Positions 9,869 through 19,353 are shown, counted from the stretch's first letter. The stretch: 64,000 bases of DNA from an archaeon (GCA_038121585.1 JAYONY010000002.1:221900-285899); one strand, 5' to 3'. The notes: a model not told the origin generated them from the sequence alone. Program-made: numbers and translations.

Positions 9869-9878
9869 CTATATAAAT
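9869..9878 (-). promoter_or_regulatory. TATA box candidate for the 7830..9848 gene
   Basis: CTATATAAAT centred about 25 nt from the ATG at 9848. Confidence 0.4.
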
Positions 9879-9894
9879 GTTGTCGGGCGGTACT

Positions 9895-9903
9895 ATTATA
9901 AAT
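9895..9903 (+). promoter_or_regulatory. TATA box candidate for trpS
   Basis: ATTATAAAT centred about 25 nt upstream of ATG 9924. Confidence 0.4.
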
Positions 9904-9923
9904 GTGGAATATCTAGTGCTTAT

Positions 9924-11051
9924 ATGGCAAAAAAGAGTTTTTCAGTTACGCCCTTTGACGTGCAGGGCACGGTTGATTATGCTCGTTTAGCGAAAGAGTT
10001 TGGATTGCAATCCATTGATGACAAACTTTTGCAGCGTTTTGAAAAAGCTGCTGGCGATTCACACTTTATGTTGCGGCGAGGCATTTTTTACGCGCATAGA
10101 GATATGAATTGGTTGCTTGATCAATTTGATAAGGGAAACAAGTTCTTCCTCTATACGGGTATTGGTCCGTCAGGTCCGATTCATCTAGGACATACGCTCG
10201 TCTGGCAGTTTACAAAATGGTTGCAGGACACGTTTGGATGTGAATTATGGTTTCAGTTTACTGATGATGAGAAGTTCTTGTTTAAGGATTTGACAACAGA
10301 GCAAGTGAATGAGTACATGGTGGAAAATATGAAAGATATTATCGCGCTAGGGTTTGATCCGAAGAAAACGCATTTTGTGATTGATACAAAGCACGCGGAT
10401 GTGTTGTATCCTGAGGCGATTAAAGTTGCAAAAAAAATTACGTTTTCAATGGTAAAGGCAACATTTGGTATGAACGAAAGCTCTAACATTGGACAGATTT
10501 TTTATACCTCAATGCAAGCTGTACCTGCATTTTTACCGTCCATAGTACATAATAAGAAGATGCCGTGCCTTATCCCGCATGCGGTTGACCAAGACCCGCA
10601 CTTTAGGTTAACACGAGATATTCTCCCAAAACTTGGGTATCCAAAACCTGCTTCGATTCAATGTCCGTTCATGCCTCCGTTGAAAGGTGCTGATGGTAAG
10701 ATGTCATCTTCGGACCCAACATCGTATATTGCACTCACTGATGATGCAAAGGCTGTTAAGAAGAAAATTAACAAGTATGCGTTCTCAGGAGGTAAGGATA
10801 CTGTTGAAGAGCATCGTAAGAAGGGTGGTAATCCTGACATTGATGTTGCGTATCAGTATTTACGTATTATGTTTGAGCCGGATGACAAAAAACTCAAGAT
10901 AATTCACGATGATTACAAGGCAGGAAAGTTACTTTCCGGCGAACTTAAAGCAATCTTAATTGAAAAAGTCAACGAGTTTTTAGTGAGTCATCAAAAAGCG
11001 CGTGCGAAAGTTACGAAGAAAACAATTGAGAAGTTTATTTGGAAGGGTTAG
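9924..11051 (+). CDS. trpS: tryptophanyl-tRNA synthetase (archaeal/eukaryal type)
   Basis: HIGH-type GPSGPIHLGH, KMSKS-type KMSSS, class I fold length 375 aa. Confidence 0.9.
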   Translation: MAKKSFSVTPFDVQGTVDYARLAKEFGLQSIDDKLLQRFEKAAGDSHFMLRRGIFYAHRDMNWLLDQFDKGNKFFLYTGIGPSGPIHLGHTLVWQFTKWLQDTFGCELWFQFTDDEKFLFKDLTTEQVNEYMVENMKDIIALGFDPKKTHFVIDTKHADVLYPEAIKVAKKITFSMVKATFGMNESSNIGQIFYTSMQAVPAFLPSIVHNKKMPCLIPHAVDQDPHFRLTRDILPKLGYPKPASIQCPFMPPLKGADGKMSSSDPTSYIALTDDAKAVKKKINKYAFSGGKDTVEEHRKKGGNPDIDVAYQYLRIMFEPDDKKLKIIHDDYKAGKLLSGELKAILIEKVNEFLVSHQKARAKVTKKTIEKFIWKG

Positions 11052-11871
11052 CGTTCAAATAATCAAGTATTCCATTTGCAATGCCTTCTGCAATACTATC
11101 TTCATGTTCAGTAAGGTATTTTCGATCGCGAGCGTTCGTAATAAATCCTGATTCTACAAGTGCTGCTGGCATAGTCGTGTTTCTAAGAACGTTGAAATTA
11201 CCGCTTCTGAGCCCTTCATAGGATTGTGAGAATCCTAGCACGCTTGCTTCAAGACTGTCCTCGATACCATCTTGCAATTCTCGTCCGAGCGCGTGTCCTT
11301 TCGTTGATCCTGGATGATGGTACACACGCACTCCTTGTGCTTTGTCATTAGTAAATGCATTTACGTGCAAGCTTACAAACAGATCCGCTTTGTTTGTATT
11401 TGCGTATTGTGCTCGTGTTTTGAGTGGTGTGATATCGGTATGATCGTCTCGTGTGTAGAGAACGTTAATATTATTCTCTTTTAGTAATTCGCCTACTTTG
11501 AGTGCTTGATCAAGTACTAAGTCTGATTCTCGCAAAGTTCCATGTACTGCTCCTGGATCGTACAGTCCTTTTGTGGCATTACTCATCCCATGGCCTGGGT
11601 CAAGTACGACTGTTGCTCGTGGTACGGTAGGCACTGAGGGTTTCTTATCTGCTGGGGGTGTAAGTGATTCAGATTGTTGTGAGAGATAGGTTGTGAGGGG
11701 AATGCCTTCTGCTTCAGCTTGGAATACTGCTTCAGAATGCAGTGGTTCTGCCTGAGGCGCTTTTTGTACATGCTGATCGATATACTTACTTCCAAGGCCA
11801 AGTACTGTTACGGTAAGCCCTGCTAGTGCTGTGTCAAGTACTTTTCCTACAAGATTTTTTTCTTTTTTCAT
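11035..11871 (-). CDS. N-acetylmuramoyl-L-alanine amidase (Amidase_3 family), membrane-anchored or secreted
   Basis: VVLDPGHG, DLFVSLHVNA, GNFNVLRNTTMPAALVESGFITN are typical AmiA/B/C-CwlB motifs. N-terminal hydrophobic anchor. Overlaps the trpS 3' end by 17 nt, convergent. Confidence 0.8.
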   Translation of the reverse strand: MKKEKNLVGKVLDTALAGLTVTVLGLGSKYIDQHVQKAPQAEPLHSEAVFQAEAEGIPLTTYLSQQSESLTPPADKKPSVPTVPRATVVLDPGHGMSNATKGLYDPGAVHGTLRESDLVLDQALKVGELLKENNINVLYTRDDHTDITPLKTRAQYANTNKADLFVSLHVNAFTNDKAQGVRVYHHPGSTKGHALGRELQDGIEDSLEASVLGFSQSYEGLRSGNFNVLRNTTMPAALVESGFITNARDRKYLTEHEDSIAEGIANGILDYLNANPSK

Positions 11872-11977
11872 GCGGGTTCGTATCTCAAAATTCCTTTTTA
11901 AAACTTTCTATATGTAACCACTACCTTGTAGATACAAATTAACAATGCGTATAATCTGTGCATAGTGCCCGCGAAAT

Positions 11978-11987
11978 CCTTATATAG
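11978..11987 (+). promoter_or_regulatory. TATA box candidate for thrS
   Basis: CCTTATATAG centred 25 nt upstream of ATG 12008. Confidence 0.4.
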
Positions 11988-12007
11988 CACTCTCTCGTAA
12001 GCCGCGT

Positions 12008-13729
12008 ATGAGAATTATTACATTACACTGTGATTATATTCGCTATCAAGCGCTTAAGAAAGCGGTTAAAGACGCTGAAGAGCTTGACAACAAGGACATT
12101 CATGAAGTGAAAGAATGTTTGGTAGTGCTGACTGCGGGTGAGAAGGGTGACACTGACAAAGAAGTTGCAGAAAGCTTGAAAGCGATTGAGAAAACCGCGG
12201 CTGACGTCAAAACAAAACATATCGTGTTGTACCCATATGCGCATTTGTCCTCTAATCTCTGTAGTCCGTCAATGGCATTGACCTTAATGGAGAAAATGGA
12301 GAAGCATTTGAAACAAGAGAAATACAAGGTTGCTCGTGCACCGTTTGGCTACTACAAAATGTTTGAGTTGAAAGTCAAAGGACATCCGTTATCTGAATTA
12401 TCAAAAGTGTTTGGGAAGCAGCCAGATGCTGTTGCTCCACAAGCAAAAAAAGCACAGCACGCACCGCAAAAAATTATTCTTGATCGAAGAAAGTTAAAAC
12501 CGAATGACCATCGTATTTTAGGTGAAGATCTTAACTTATTCCATTTTTCTGACGAGGTCGGTTCAGGACTACCATTATGGTTGCCTAACGGGGAGCACAT
12601 TAAGCATAAGTTGCTTAATTTCATGCGTAAAGTCGAGGAGAAGTACGGGTACAAGTATGTTTCAACACCGCATATTACGAAAGGGCACTTGTATGAAAAA
12701 TCAGGGCATTTACCGTATTATGCTGACAGCATGTATTCCCCAATCGTGATTGAAGGGGTTGATTATTATCTTAAACCTATGAATTGCCCGCACCATCACA
12801 TGATTTACAATAAGCTCGTAACAAGTTACCGTGATTTGCCATTGCGGTTAGCTGAAGCGGGTATGACCTATCGTAATGAGTTATCGGGTGTAACGTATGG
12901 GTTGATTCGTGTGAAAGGGTTTGTTCAAAACGATTCACATCTCTATGTAACACCTGACCAGCTTAAAGACGAGTTTGAGAAAGTAATGGATATGTTTGAT
13001 GAAGTCTATAAGATAGTAGGTATCAAAGATTACTGGTTTAGATTGTCATTACCTGATTTTAAGAGTAATCCTGACAAGTACACTGGCGATGCTGCTGAAT
13101 GGGAGCATGCATCAAAAGAGATTGAAGCAGCAATGAAAGCATCAGGTAAGAAGATTATTAAGGAAAAAGGTGAAGCAGCATTTTACGGTCCTAAAATTGA
13201 TGTGCAAATTAAGAACTCACTCGGTAAGGAAGAGACGATTGCAACGGCACAAGTTGATATTGTAGTTCCTAAGCGTATGGGCTTAACCTACGTTGATGAG
13301 AAAGGTGAAAAACAACATCCTATTATCATTCACCGAGCGGTACTTGGGAGTTATGAACGGTTTATCGCGTACTTACTAGAGCAAACTGAAGGGAAGTTGC
13401 CGTTATGGCTTGCCCCTGTTCAGGTGCGAGTTATTTCGTTTACTGAGCGAACCGTTAAAGAAACGGAGAGAGTAGGGCAGGAATTGCGTGAAGCAGGACT
13501 ACGTGTTGATACTGATGTTAAGGAAGTACCTATCGAAGGTAAGATTCGTGATGCTGAAATGATGAAAATCAACTATATAGTCGTTATTGGTGATAAAGAA
13601 GTAGAAAAGAATACTCTAGCAGTCCGTCCAAGGGGTCAAAAGCCTAAATTTGGGGTTACACAAGATGATTTTGTGAATGAGTTAGCAGAAGAGCTTGCAA
13701 GACCGTTCAAACACTATAAGCGTCATTGA
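12008..13729 (+). CDS. thrS: threonyl-tRNA synthetase, archaeal type with N-terminal editing domain
   Basis: Archaeal editing-domain-like N-terminus, class II core (MNCPHHH, TYRNELSG, GFVQNDSH, FYGPKID), C-terminal anticodon-binding domain. Confidence 0.9.
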   Translation: MRIITLHCDYIRYQALKKAVKDAEELDNKDIHEVKECLVVLTAGEKGDTDKEVAESLKAIEKTAADVKTKHIVLYPYAHLSSNLCSPSMALTLMEKMEKHLKQEKYKVARAPFGYYKMFELKVKGHPLSELSKVFGKQPDAVAPQAKKAQHAPQKIILDRRKLKPNDHRILGEDLNLFHFSDEVGSGLPLWLPNGEHIKHKLLNFMRKVEEKYGYKYVSTPHITKGHLYEKSGHLPYYADSMYSPIVIEGVDYYLKPMNCPHHHMIYNKLVTSYRDLPLRLAEAGMTYRNELSGVTYGLIRVKGFVQNDSHLYVTPDQLKDEFEKVMDMFDEVYKIVGIKDYWFRLSLPDFKSNPDKYTGDAAEWEHASKEIEAAMKASGKKIIKEKGEAAFYGPKIDVQIKNSLGKEETIATAQVDIVVPKRMGLTYVDEKGEKQHPIIIHRAVLGSYERFIAYLLEQTEGKLPLWLAPVQVRVISFTERTVKETERVGQELREAGLRVDTDVKEVPIEGKIRDAEMMKINYIVVIGDKEVEKNTLAVRPRGQKPKFGVTQDDFVNELAEELARPFKHYKRH

Positions 13730-13780
13730 CTAAAAACTTATAAAGGACATGCTCGTCAGGCTAGTATCGAGGTAAAAGAG

Positions 13781-14458
13781 ATGAAATTACAACCGTTTGT
13801 TGAACAATTAGAAGCTACGAAAGAATTTAAGGATTTTAAGAATAATCATCCGAACGCATTCTTAGTAGCAGGATTTTTCGTTCTTGATTTTGAAACGAAT
13901 CAGCATCTACATCAAATTGATTATTTTGTTCCAGGACAGAAAAAAGTAGCTGCATTTACACTTGGTGAGCAAATCATGGTACAAATGCTTGATACGATTA
14001 ATGAGAAAACACCTGAAAAGCTTGATTCTCACTCTAACATTGATCTTGATGCTTTAGAAGGTATTCTCGAAGATGAGATGAAGAATCGTTCAATGACTGA
14101 GAGTATTAAGAAGATTATTGCAGTTATTCAAAAGATTGAAGGTAAGAAATTATGGATTATTAATTCAGTACTTTCAGGCATGGAAATCCTCAAAGCTCAC
14201 ATTGAAGATTCCTCAAAGACTGTTTTGAAGATGGAGAGTTCTTCAGTCATGGATTATATTAAGAAAATCCCTGGTGCTGCAAGCATGGGTGGTGCTCCTT
14301 CAGCTGGTGGCGAAGCAGAAGCTGCAGCTGCAGAACCAACTCCTGAGGATATTGAAGCTAAGATTCATGAGCTTGACCGTCTGAAAAAAGAGCTTGAAAA
14401 AGAAAAGAAGCGTATTGAAGACGAAGATAAAGCTGAAAAAAAGCCTGCTAAAAAGTAA
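13781..14458 (+). CDS. hypothetical protein with A/G/E-rich linker and K/E-rich coiled C-terminus
   Basis: 225-aa ORF, ATG preceded by GAGGTAAAAGAG; no known motif. Confidence 0.5.
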   Translation: MKLQPFVEQLEATKEFKDFKNNHPNAFLVAGFFVLDFETNQHLHQIDYFVPGQKKVAAFTLGEQIMVQMLDTINEKTPEKLDSHSNIDLDALEGILEDEMKNRSMTESIKKIIAVIQKIEGKKLWIINSVLSGMEILKAHIEDSSKTVLKMESSSVMDYIKKIPGAASMGGAPSAGGEAEAAAAEPTPEDIEAKIHELDRLKKELEKEKKRIEDEDKAEKKPAKK

Positions 14459-14469
14459 TGTAGTAGGTT

Positions 14470-15135
14470 CTAACGCTTTTTCTTGGTAGTTGTTTTCTTA
14501 CGTGATGATTTTGCCCTCGAACGTTTTGTCGGTAGGGTACCCTGAGCAGGGTGTTTTGTACGTTTCTTAAGTACATTCTTAGTTTTAGTAGTAGGGTGCG
14601 TTTTCTCCCACATTTCACGGGTGTATCCGCGAGTTTCAGTATCCTGGGCGGTTAATCCAAGTGCTTTGCGCAACTCTACAATGCGTTTGCGAGCTTGTTT
14701 GATATGTTCTTTCTGCGTTAGTATTTCTATCTCTAAAAACCAGCTGTCAAGCTCGTGTAAGTAGTTGAGCTCAAGCCCTACTCCATCAGGCGTTACAAAA
14801 CGCTCAGTAGTTTTTGTTTTAGTAATATATTCTTCAAAACCGAAGTGTTTGATGAGGTCAATAAAATTTTCTTTATCAGAAACCGTGAATTCAGTTTCTT
14901 TCTTTGCATATACTGCGTTAACATCGCTATCAGTCACTTTAAAATTAACTTCGTAGTGTTCTGCATTATCGCGCACTCGCAACTTCTTGTGCGGAGGCAT
15001 TTTTTGCGGTGGTAAATAATAATAAATATCTTTTTTCTCTTTGATTTTCTCGCGTTCGCCAAGTTGCGCTAATTTCTCCCGCATTGTATCTGGTTCATCA
15101 ACGCGAAACTTCGCTTCTACTTCATACCAACTCAT
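14470..15135 (-). CDS. CYTH-domain protein (CyaB/ThTPase-like triphosphate tunnel enzyme) with basic tail
   Basis: ExExK signature EVEAKF at residues 5-10, LRVR, LEIEIL strand pattern. 40-aa K/R/T-rich C-terminal tail. Confidence 0.8.
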   Translation of the reverse strand: MSWYEVEAKFRVDEPDTMREKLAQLGEREKIKEKKDIYYYLPPQKMPPHKKLRVRDNAEHYEVNFKVTDSDVNAVYAKKETEFTVSDKENFIDLIKHFGFEEYITKTKTTERFVTPDGVGLELNYLHELDSWFLEIEILTQKEHIKQARKRIVELRKALGLTAQDTETRGYTREMWEKTHPTTKTKNVLKKRTKHPAQGTLPTKRSRAKSSRKKTTTKKKR

Positions 15136-15193
15136 TGAAAGTTTCTCCTAATAAAAAAAGTGTTAAAAAAATAAAAAACAAATTTTTGGTCGT

Positions 15194-15631
15194 TCAATTA
15201 CAGGTAACTGGTTGACCAATCGCCGGACAAAAGTCGCCATTCGGTAGCTCTGGAGCTATTTGAATTGCTTCACCCGAGTTAAACGCATCTACACCTGCAG
15301 CAACAACTGTAGAATTAGCTTCTACGAGTGCATTGACTGGAGGAGCGTCAAATGTGTTCCCTTCATCACCGATGATTCGGAACCCAAGTGCGGCATCTGG
15401 ACCTCCGCTGTTACGGATTACGCTTACGCTAACAGCGCTTGTAGTTCCATCGATAGTACAACTTTGGACTTCCATTGCAATTGGTAAGCAATTAGCGCCA
15501 GATTCAAATTCCCCGCTTGCGTTGTCAATAGCGCTTCGGACAACCGCCCAAACGATAGCAACAGCCGCAATAACGAGTAAGATGATCAGCACGTTCGCGA
15601 CAACTGGACTCAACCCCTTTTTCTTCATCAT
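15194..15631 (-). CDS. archaeal type IV pilin-like protein (class III signal peptide)
   Basis: MMKKKGLSPVVANVLIILLVIAAVAIVW is a prepilin-type KGLSP motif followed by a hydrophobic helix. Paralogue of the next gene. Confidence 0.7.
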   Translation of the reverse strand: MMKKKGLSPVVANVLIILLVIAAVAIVWAVVRSAIDNASGEFESGANCLPIAMEVQSCTIDGTTSAVSVSVIRNSGGPDAALGFRIIGDEGNTFDAPPVNALVEANSTVVAAGVDAFNSGEAIQIAPELPNGDFCPAIGQPVTCN

Positions 15632-15651
15632 GGCTGTTAAAGAGTTCTTTT

Positions 15652-15661
15652 CTTTATAAAG
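15652..15661 (-). promoter_or_regulatory. TATA box candidate for pilin gene 1
   Basis: Palindromic CTTTATAAAG centred about 25 nt from ATG 15631. Confidence 0.4.
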
Positions 15662-15682
15662 TTTTCTAGAAGAGTTACATAC

Positions 15683-16120
15683 TTAAGGGAGTGAACAAAT
15701 CACTGATGCTCCATCTCGAGGACAATAATCTCCGTTAGGTAATCGTGCCTCAATCCAGATTTCATCATTAGCAAAAAATTGTGCATTATTAGCAATGGGT
15801 ATTGCCTCTGCTTCGAGTAAGTCTTCTCCAGCCCCGCTCTCAATTACATTTCCGTTTGACTCACTCACTATACGGAAGCCTAAGGGGGTATTTGGACCTC
15901 CAGCATTCCTAAAAACAGTAATTTCTCCATTAAAAGGATTACCTTCAACACATCGCAACGCGTCCATTCTAACACTAAAGCACGTTGCTCCTGAATCAAA
16001 CTCTTCCCCTGTTGTTTCAATTGCTCCGCGAATAATACCCCAAATAAGTCCTATTGCACCGACGACCATGAGTATTAGAAGTACGCTCGTAACTATTGGA
16101 CTCAACCCTCTTTTCTTCAT
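15683..16120 (-). CDS. archaeal type IV pilin-like protein (class III signal peptide)
   Basis: MKKRGLSPIVTSVLLILMVVGAIGLIWG. ATG 16120 preferred over the TTG at 16126. Shares RN(S/A)GGP, LGFRI and LPNGD(F/Y)CP with the neighbour. Confidence 0.7.
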   Translation of the reverse strand: MKKRGLSPIVTSVLLILMVVGAIGLIWGIIRGAIETTGEEFDSGATCFSVRMDALRCVEGNPFNGEITVFRNAGGPNTPLGFRIVSESNGNVIESGAGEDLLEAEAIPIANNAQFFANDEIWIEARLPNGDYCPRDGASVICSLP

Positions 16121-16140
16121 TATCAATAAAGCAGTATGTA

Positions 16141-16150
16141 CTATAAAAAG
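16141..16150 (-). promoter_or_regulatory. TATA box candidate for pilin gene 2
   Basis: CTATAAAAAG (minus-strand CTTTTTATAG) centred about 25 nt from ATG 16120. Confidence 0.4.
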
Positions 16151-16159
16151 TTTTCAGAA

Positions 16160-17821
16160 TTATTTGTGGGCGTACCAAAACTCGTAGTAGTCATCTTTGA
16201 CTTGGTCGAAGCGTGCGAATCCGAATCGTTCGAATTGTACGAGTTGTCCTTCCTTGAGGTCTTTAACTCCAATGTCGGTTATTCCTTCAACCCACTTGCC
16301 GTCGGGCATGAGCACACGAATATCTGCTGGGTTTCCTGTCCAACTTAGTTTTGGCACTTTTTTATTATCGGTTGAAGTAAATTCAGCATGCTCTTTTTTG
16401 AGTTCTACATTGCACAGGTGGAGTAGGCGTACTTCTTTACCAACATGTTTTGCATAGTCTGCTTGTTCGATGTACACGTGTTCTGTTTTTACAACGCGTG
16501 TTTCTTGTTTGTCAGGGTGGAGTTTGAGTTCTACGTTTGGTACGCTTCCTCCTTGAATATCAAGTTCTTGCGGGGTTTGTATGAGTGTGAATCTGATTGC
16601 GTGTTCATCAATTATTTTTCGATTTAAAGCATAGAGTGCATCGATTGGTACTGTAATGTCTTGTTTGTTCAGTCCTATTTCCTCAACGAATTGGCGTATT
16701 GCTTGTGGGGTTATTCCTCGTCGTGCGAGGCTTTGCACGCTCCAGGTTCGTGGGTCGTACCATCCTTGTTCGTACTCGCCTGAAGTTACTTCTTGTTGCG
16801 CTTTTGATTTTGATAATAATTTCTTTCCGTTCTCAACTATGTTCATTCGTCCAGTGTGGATTATTACAGGGTGGTCCCATCCCCAGAGGTCCCAGATGTA
16901 CTGTTCCATTTCTGTTTCCATCATGAGGTCTGACCCCCGCAAAATGTGCGTCATGCCTAGTAAATGATCATCGACTGCCCAGGTCATTTCAAGTGTTGGC
17001 CAAACGCGATAGGTAGTACCGACGCGAGGATGCTCGCGGTCAGCTATTCTAAACAATACTCTATCACGAAACGCTGGATTCTTGTGCTGCATATCAGTCT
17101 TTATTCTCAGTGTTGCGCTTCCTTCTTCTGCATCAAACATTGCTTTCCATCGCTTCTGTTGTTCATCAACGGGATAGTGACGGCATGCGCATTCACTCGC
17201 GTTCTTCCGATTCTCAGCGAGTTTTTCTTGTGTACAATGACAGACATACGCATTCCCACCTTCAATGAGTTTCTCAGCATACTCGTAGTAGGTTTTGATA
17301 CGGTCTGATTTGTAAATGACTTTGGTATCATACTGTGCTTGTAAGTATTCGAGTGCATCTTCAATTAAGGCATATCCTTGCTCAGTAATTGGTTTTTGCA
17401 CACTTCCAATGGTATCGTCCATAACAAGAATGGTTTTTCCATTATACTTTTGCGCGTATAGGTCATTTAACAAAAATGTTTTTGCATTACCTAAATGCAA
17501 TGCTCCTGAAGGAAACGGTGCGAGTCGAAACACTGGTTGTTTTACGTTTTCCATTCCTGGAAGTTCAGGTAATACTTTTTCCTGTTCTACTCGTTCTTTC
17601 ACATACTGCTTTGCATCTGCAAATGCGTGTGTTCGTTCCTCCTCACTCATAGCGTTTACTTCAGCAACCACTTTCGTAATTGTAGGCATGACTGATTTGA
17701 TATCTTTTTTGTCTAGCCCGTGCTGAAAGAGTTTTGGTAAGACATTTTTCTCGTTTGCTTTACCATATTCTAGTGCGTTTTGCAAGGCGTACGCTCGTAT
17801 TTCATTTGTCAAATCTTTCAT
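16160..17821 (-). CDS. gltX: glutamyl-tRNA synthetase (archaeal type)
   Basis: HIGH-type PSGALHLGN, KMSKS-type LLSKSK, archaeal GluRS length 553 aa. Confidence 0.9.
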   Translation of the reverse strand: MKDLTNEIRAYALQNALEYGKANEKNVLPKLFQHGLDKKDIKSVMPTITKVVAEVNAMSEEERTHAFADAKQYVKERVEQEKVLPELPGMENVKQPVFRLAPFPSGALHLGNAKTFLLNDLYAQKYNGKTILVMDDTIGSVQKPITEQGYALIEDALEYLQAQYDTKVIYKSDRIKTYYEYAEKLIEGGNAYVCHCTQEKLAENRKNASECACRHYPVDEQQKRWKAMFDAEEGSATLRIKTDMQHKNPAFRDRVLFRIADREHPRVGTTYRVWPTLEMTWAVDDHLLGMTHILRGSDLMMETEMEQYIWDLWGWDHPVIIHTGRMNIVENGKKLLSKSKAQQEVTSGEYEQGWYDPRTWSVQSLARRGITPQAIRQFVEEIGLNKQDITVPIDALYALNRKIIDEHAIRFTLIQTPQELDIQGGSVPNVELKLHPDKQETRVVKTEHVYIEQADYAKHVGKEVRLLHLCNVELKKEHAEFTSTDNKKVPKLSWTGNPADIRVLMPDGKWVEGITDIGVKDLKEGQLVQFERFGFARFDQVKDDYYEFWYAHK

Positions 17822-17871
17822 GCTCCCTCGTCGTTCAATAGGTATTTAAAGCTACTTTTTGGGGGTTTTAT

Positions 17872-18570
17872 ATGGCATTAGTTGATATTGTCAACGAGGA
17901 CGGCAGCCTAACTGGAGAGTTCATGGACCGGGAAAGAATTCACTCGGTTAAAGACAAAAAATCTGGTCGTGGCTATTTGCATAGGGTAGCTGTTGGGCTC
18001 GTATTTAATCCGAAAGGTGACCGTTTACTCTATGTTGAGGGTGGTAAGGGTAAGGAATACCGCCAAAATATTTTCTGGCCGTTTGTTGGAGAGCATATTG
18101 AGCGTGGTGAAGACGGATTTAGTGCTATGCAACGAGGGTTTAAGGAAGAGTTAGGTATTGAGGTTCCTTCTGAAGATTATATTGTTCCAGGAATTACTGG
18201 CGCGGTAGATCTTTCGGGATTGCCCGGTTTTCGTAACGTTGAAAATGTAGTCTATTCAATTGCTGTTATACGTCATGATCCTAAAAAGCACGGGCTCATT
18301 ACTCCTGGCCATGAGATTGGGAGGGTTGAATTTCGTCCTGCTACTTTTTTAGAAATGAGTCGGGAACTCAAAAAGTATCCGTATGAATTCGGACGGGACT
18401 TGATGCGTGCTAAGTATGATGGTGAAAAAGCGTTTAGAGGCACGAAGCGTATGAATGTACCGCTTGCGCTAAAGCGTTCTCTCACAACCGGGTTACATAA
18501 TCTTCGGACACGAGGCATTCCTCGAGGGCAAGAACCAATTCCTAGGAAGAAACGTGCTGCAACACTTTAG
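17872..18570 (+). CDS. Nudix hydrolase family protein
   Basis: Nudix box GEHIERGEDGFSAMQRGFKEELGI. Confidence 0.8.
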   Translation: MALVDIVNEDGSLTGEFMDRERIHSVKDKKSGRGYLHRVAVGLVFNPKGDRLLYVEGGKGKEYRQNIFWPFVGEHIERGEDGFSAMQRGFKEELGIEVPSEDYIVPGITGAVDLSGLPGFRNVENVVYSIAVIRHDPKKHGLITPGHEIGRVEFRPATFLEMSRELKKYPYEFGRDLMRAKYDGEKAFRGTKRMNVPLALKRSLTTGLHNLRTRGIPRGQEPIPRKKRAATL

Positions 18571-18980
18571 TACGCGTCAAAACGCCGTAATTTATCTTCT
18601 AAATCAGCAATACGTTTTTCGAGTTGTTGCATTTTAAAATCGTGATCATCAACTTTTAGTTTGACTTCATTAATTGCTGCATGAGGTGTTGCCCCCCGTG
18701 CTGCCCGGAGTGTTGAAGTAATATTCCCTGGGCTTGGAGTGCTTGGTTGTTGTTGGGGTGTTTGTGAAGCACTTGCCATGCTTCCTAAGAAATCCATGTT
18801 TGGAGAAACGCTTGTTGTGTTTTGAGTGGGAGTAGGGCTTGGCGGGGGGCTTGTCTGTGATAAATCAACCATGCCGTGCGCGTTAACAGGTACTGTTTCT
18901 CGAGGGGCTGGTCTTTGTGGAATGTTCATATGTGTTAAATCAACAACGTCATCACCACGCCTCTTTTTTAACCATTTCAT
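18567..18980 (-). CDS. hypothetical protein, P/S/T/Q-rich centre and C-terminal coiled coil
   Basis: 137-aa ORF with ATG; no motif. Confidence 0.4.
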   Translation of the reverse strand: MKWLKKRRGDDVVDLTHMNIPQRPAPRETVPVNAHGMVDLSQTSPPPSPTPTQNTTSVSPNMDFLGSMASASQTPQQQPSTPSPGNITSTLRAARGATPHAAINEVKLKVDDHDFKMQQLEKRIADLEDKLRRFDAY

Positions 18981-19020
18981 ACTACTGTAACGGGTAGCAA
19001 ATACTTAAATGTTATAGTTC

Positions 19021-19332
19021 TCAAGAATAATCAAGTCGTGTTACTGTTCGAGCAAATAGGTACTTTCCTTGCTCCATTTCTGTTCGTGAAGGACCTCCTA
19101 TTACAACCTCGTTTTGAGGGCTGAGATATACGCGTTCATCATCTTCTATTTCATGCCTCCCTGAAATGGGTGTCATTGCATCGAGTGATTCAAGGCGTTC
19201 CCATTGCTCGTACGTTATGGGGCGCTCGCTCGTTTCAGAATATTTTAGACCGTTTATCTCTGTTATAAAACCAATTCCTCGCCAAATAGCTTTTGGCTCT
19301 GGCGGTGCAATGATGTGGGTAAGTTCACGCAT
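19021..19332 (-). CDS. hypothetical protein
   Basis: 103-aa ORF; ATG lies about 25 nt from a palindromic TATA box. Confidence 0.4.
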   Translation of the reverse strand: MRELTHIIAPPEPKAIWRGIGFITEINGLKYSETSERPITYEQWERLESLDAMTPISGRHEIEDDERVYLSPQNEVVIGGPSRTEMEQGKYLFARTVTRLDYS

Positions 19333-19353
19333 GGAAAAATTAATCTGCTAACC

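Noticed and set aside
15260-16187. Plus-strand ORFs overlapping both pilin genes
   Set aside because: They are antisense to two paralogous genes with conserved class III signals, and they lack starts with promoter support.
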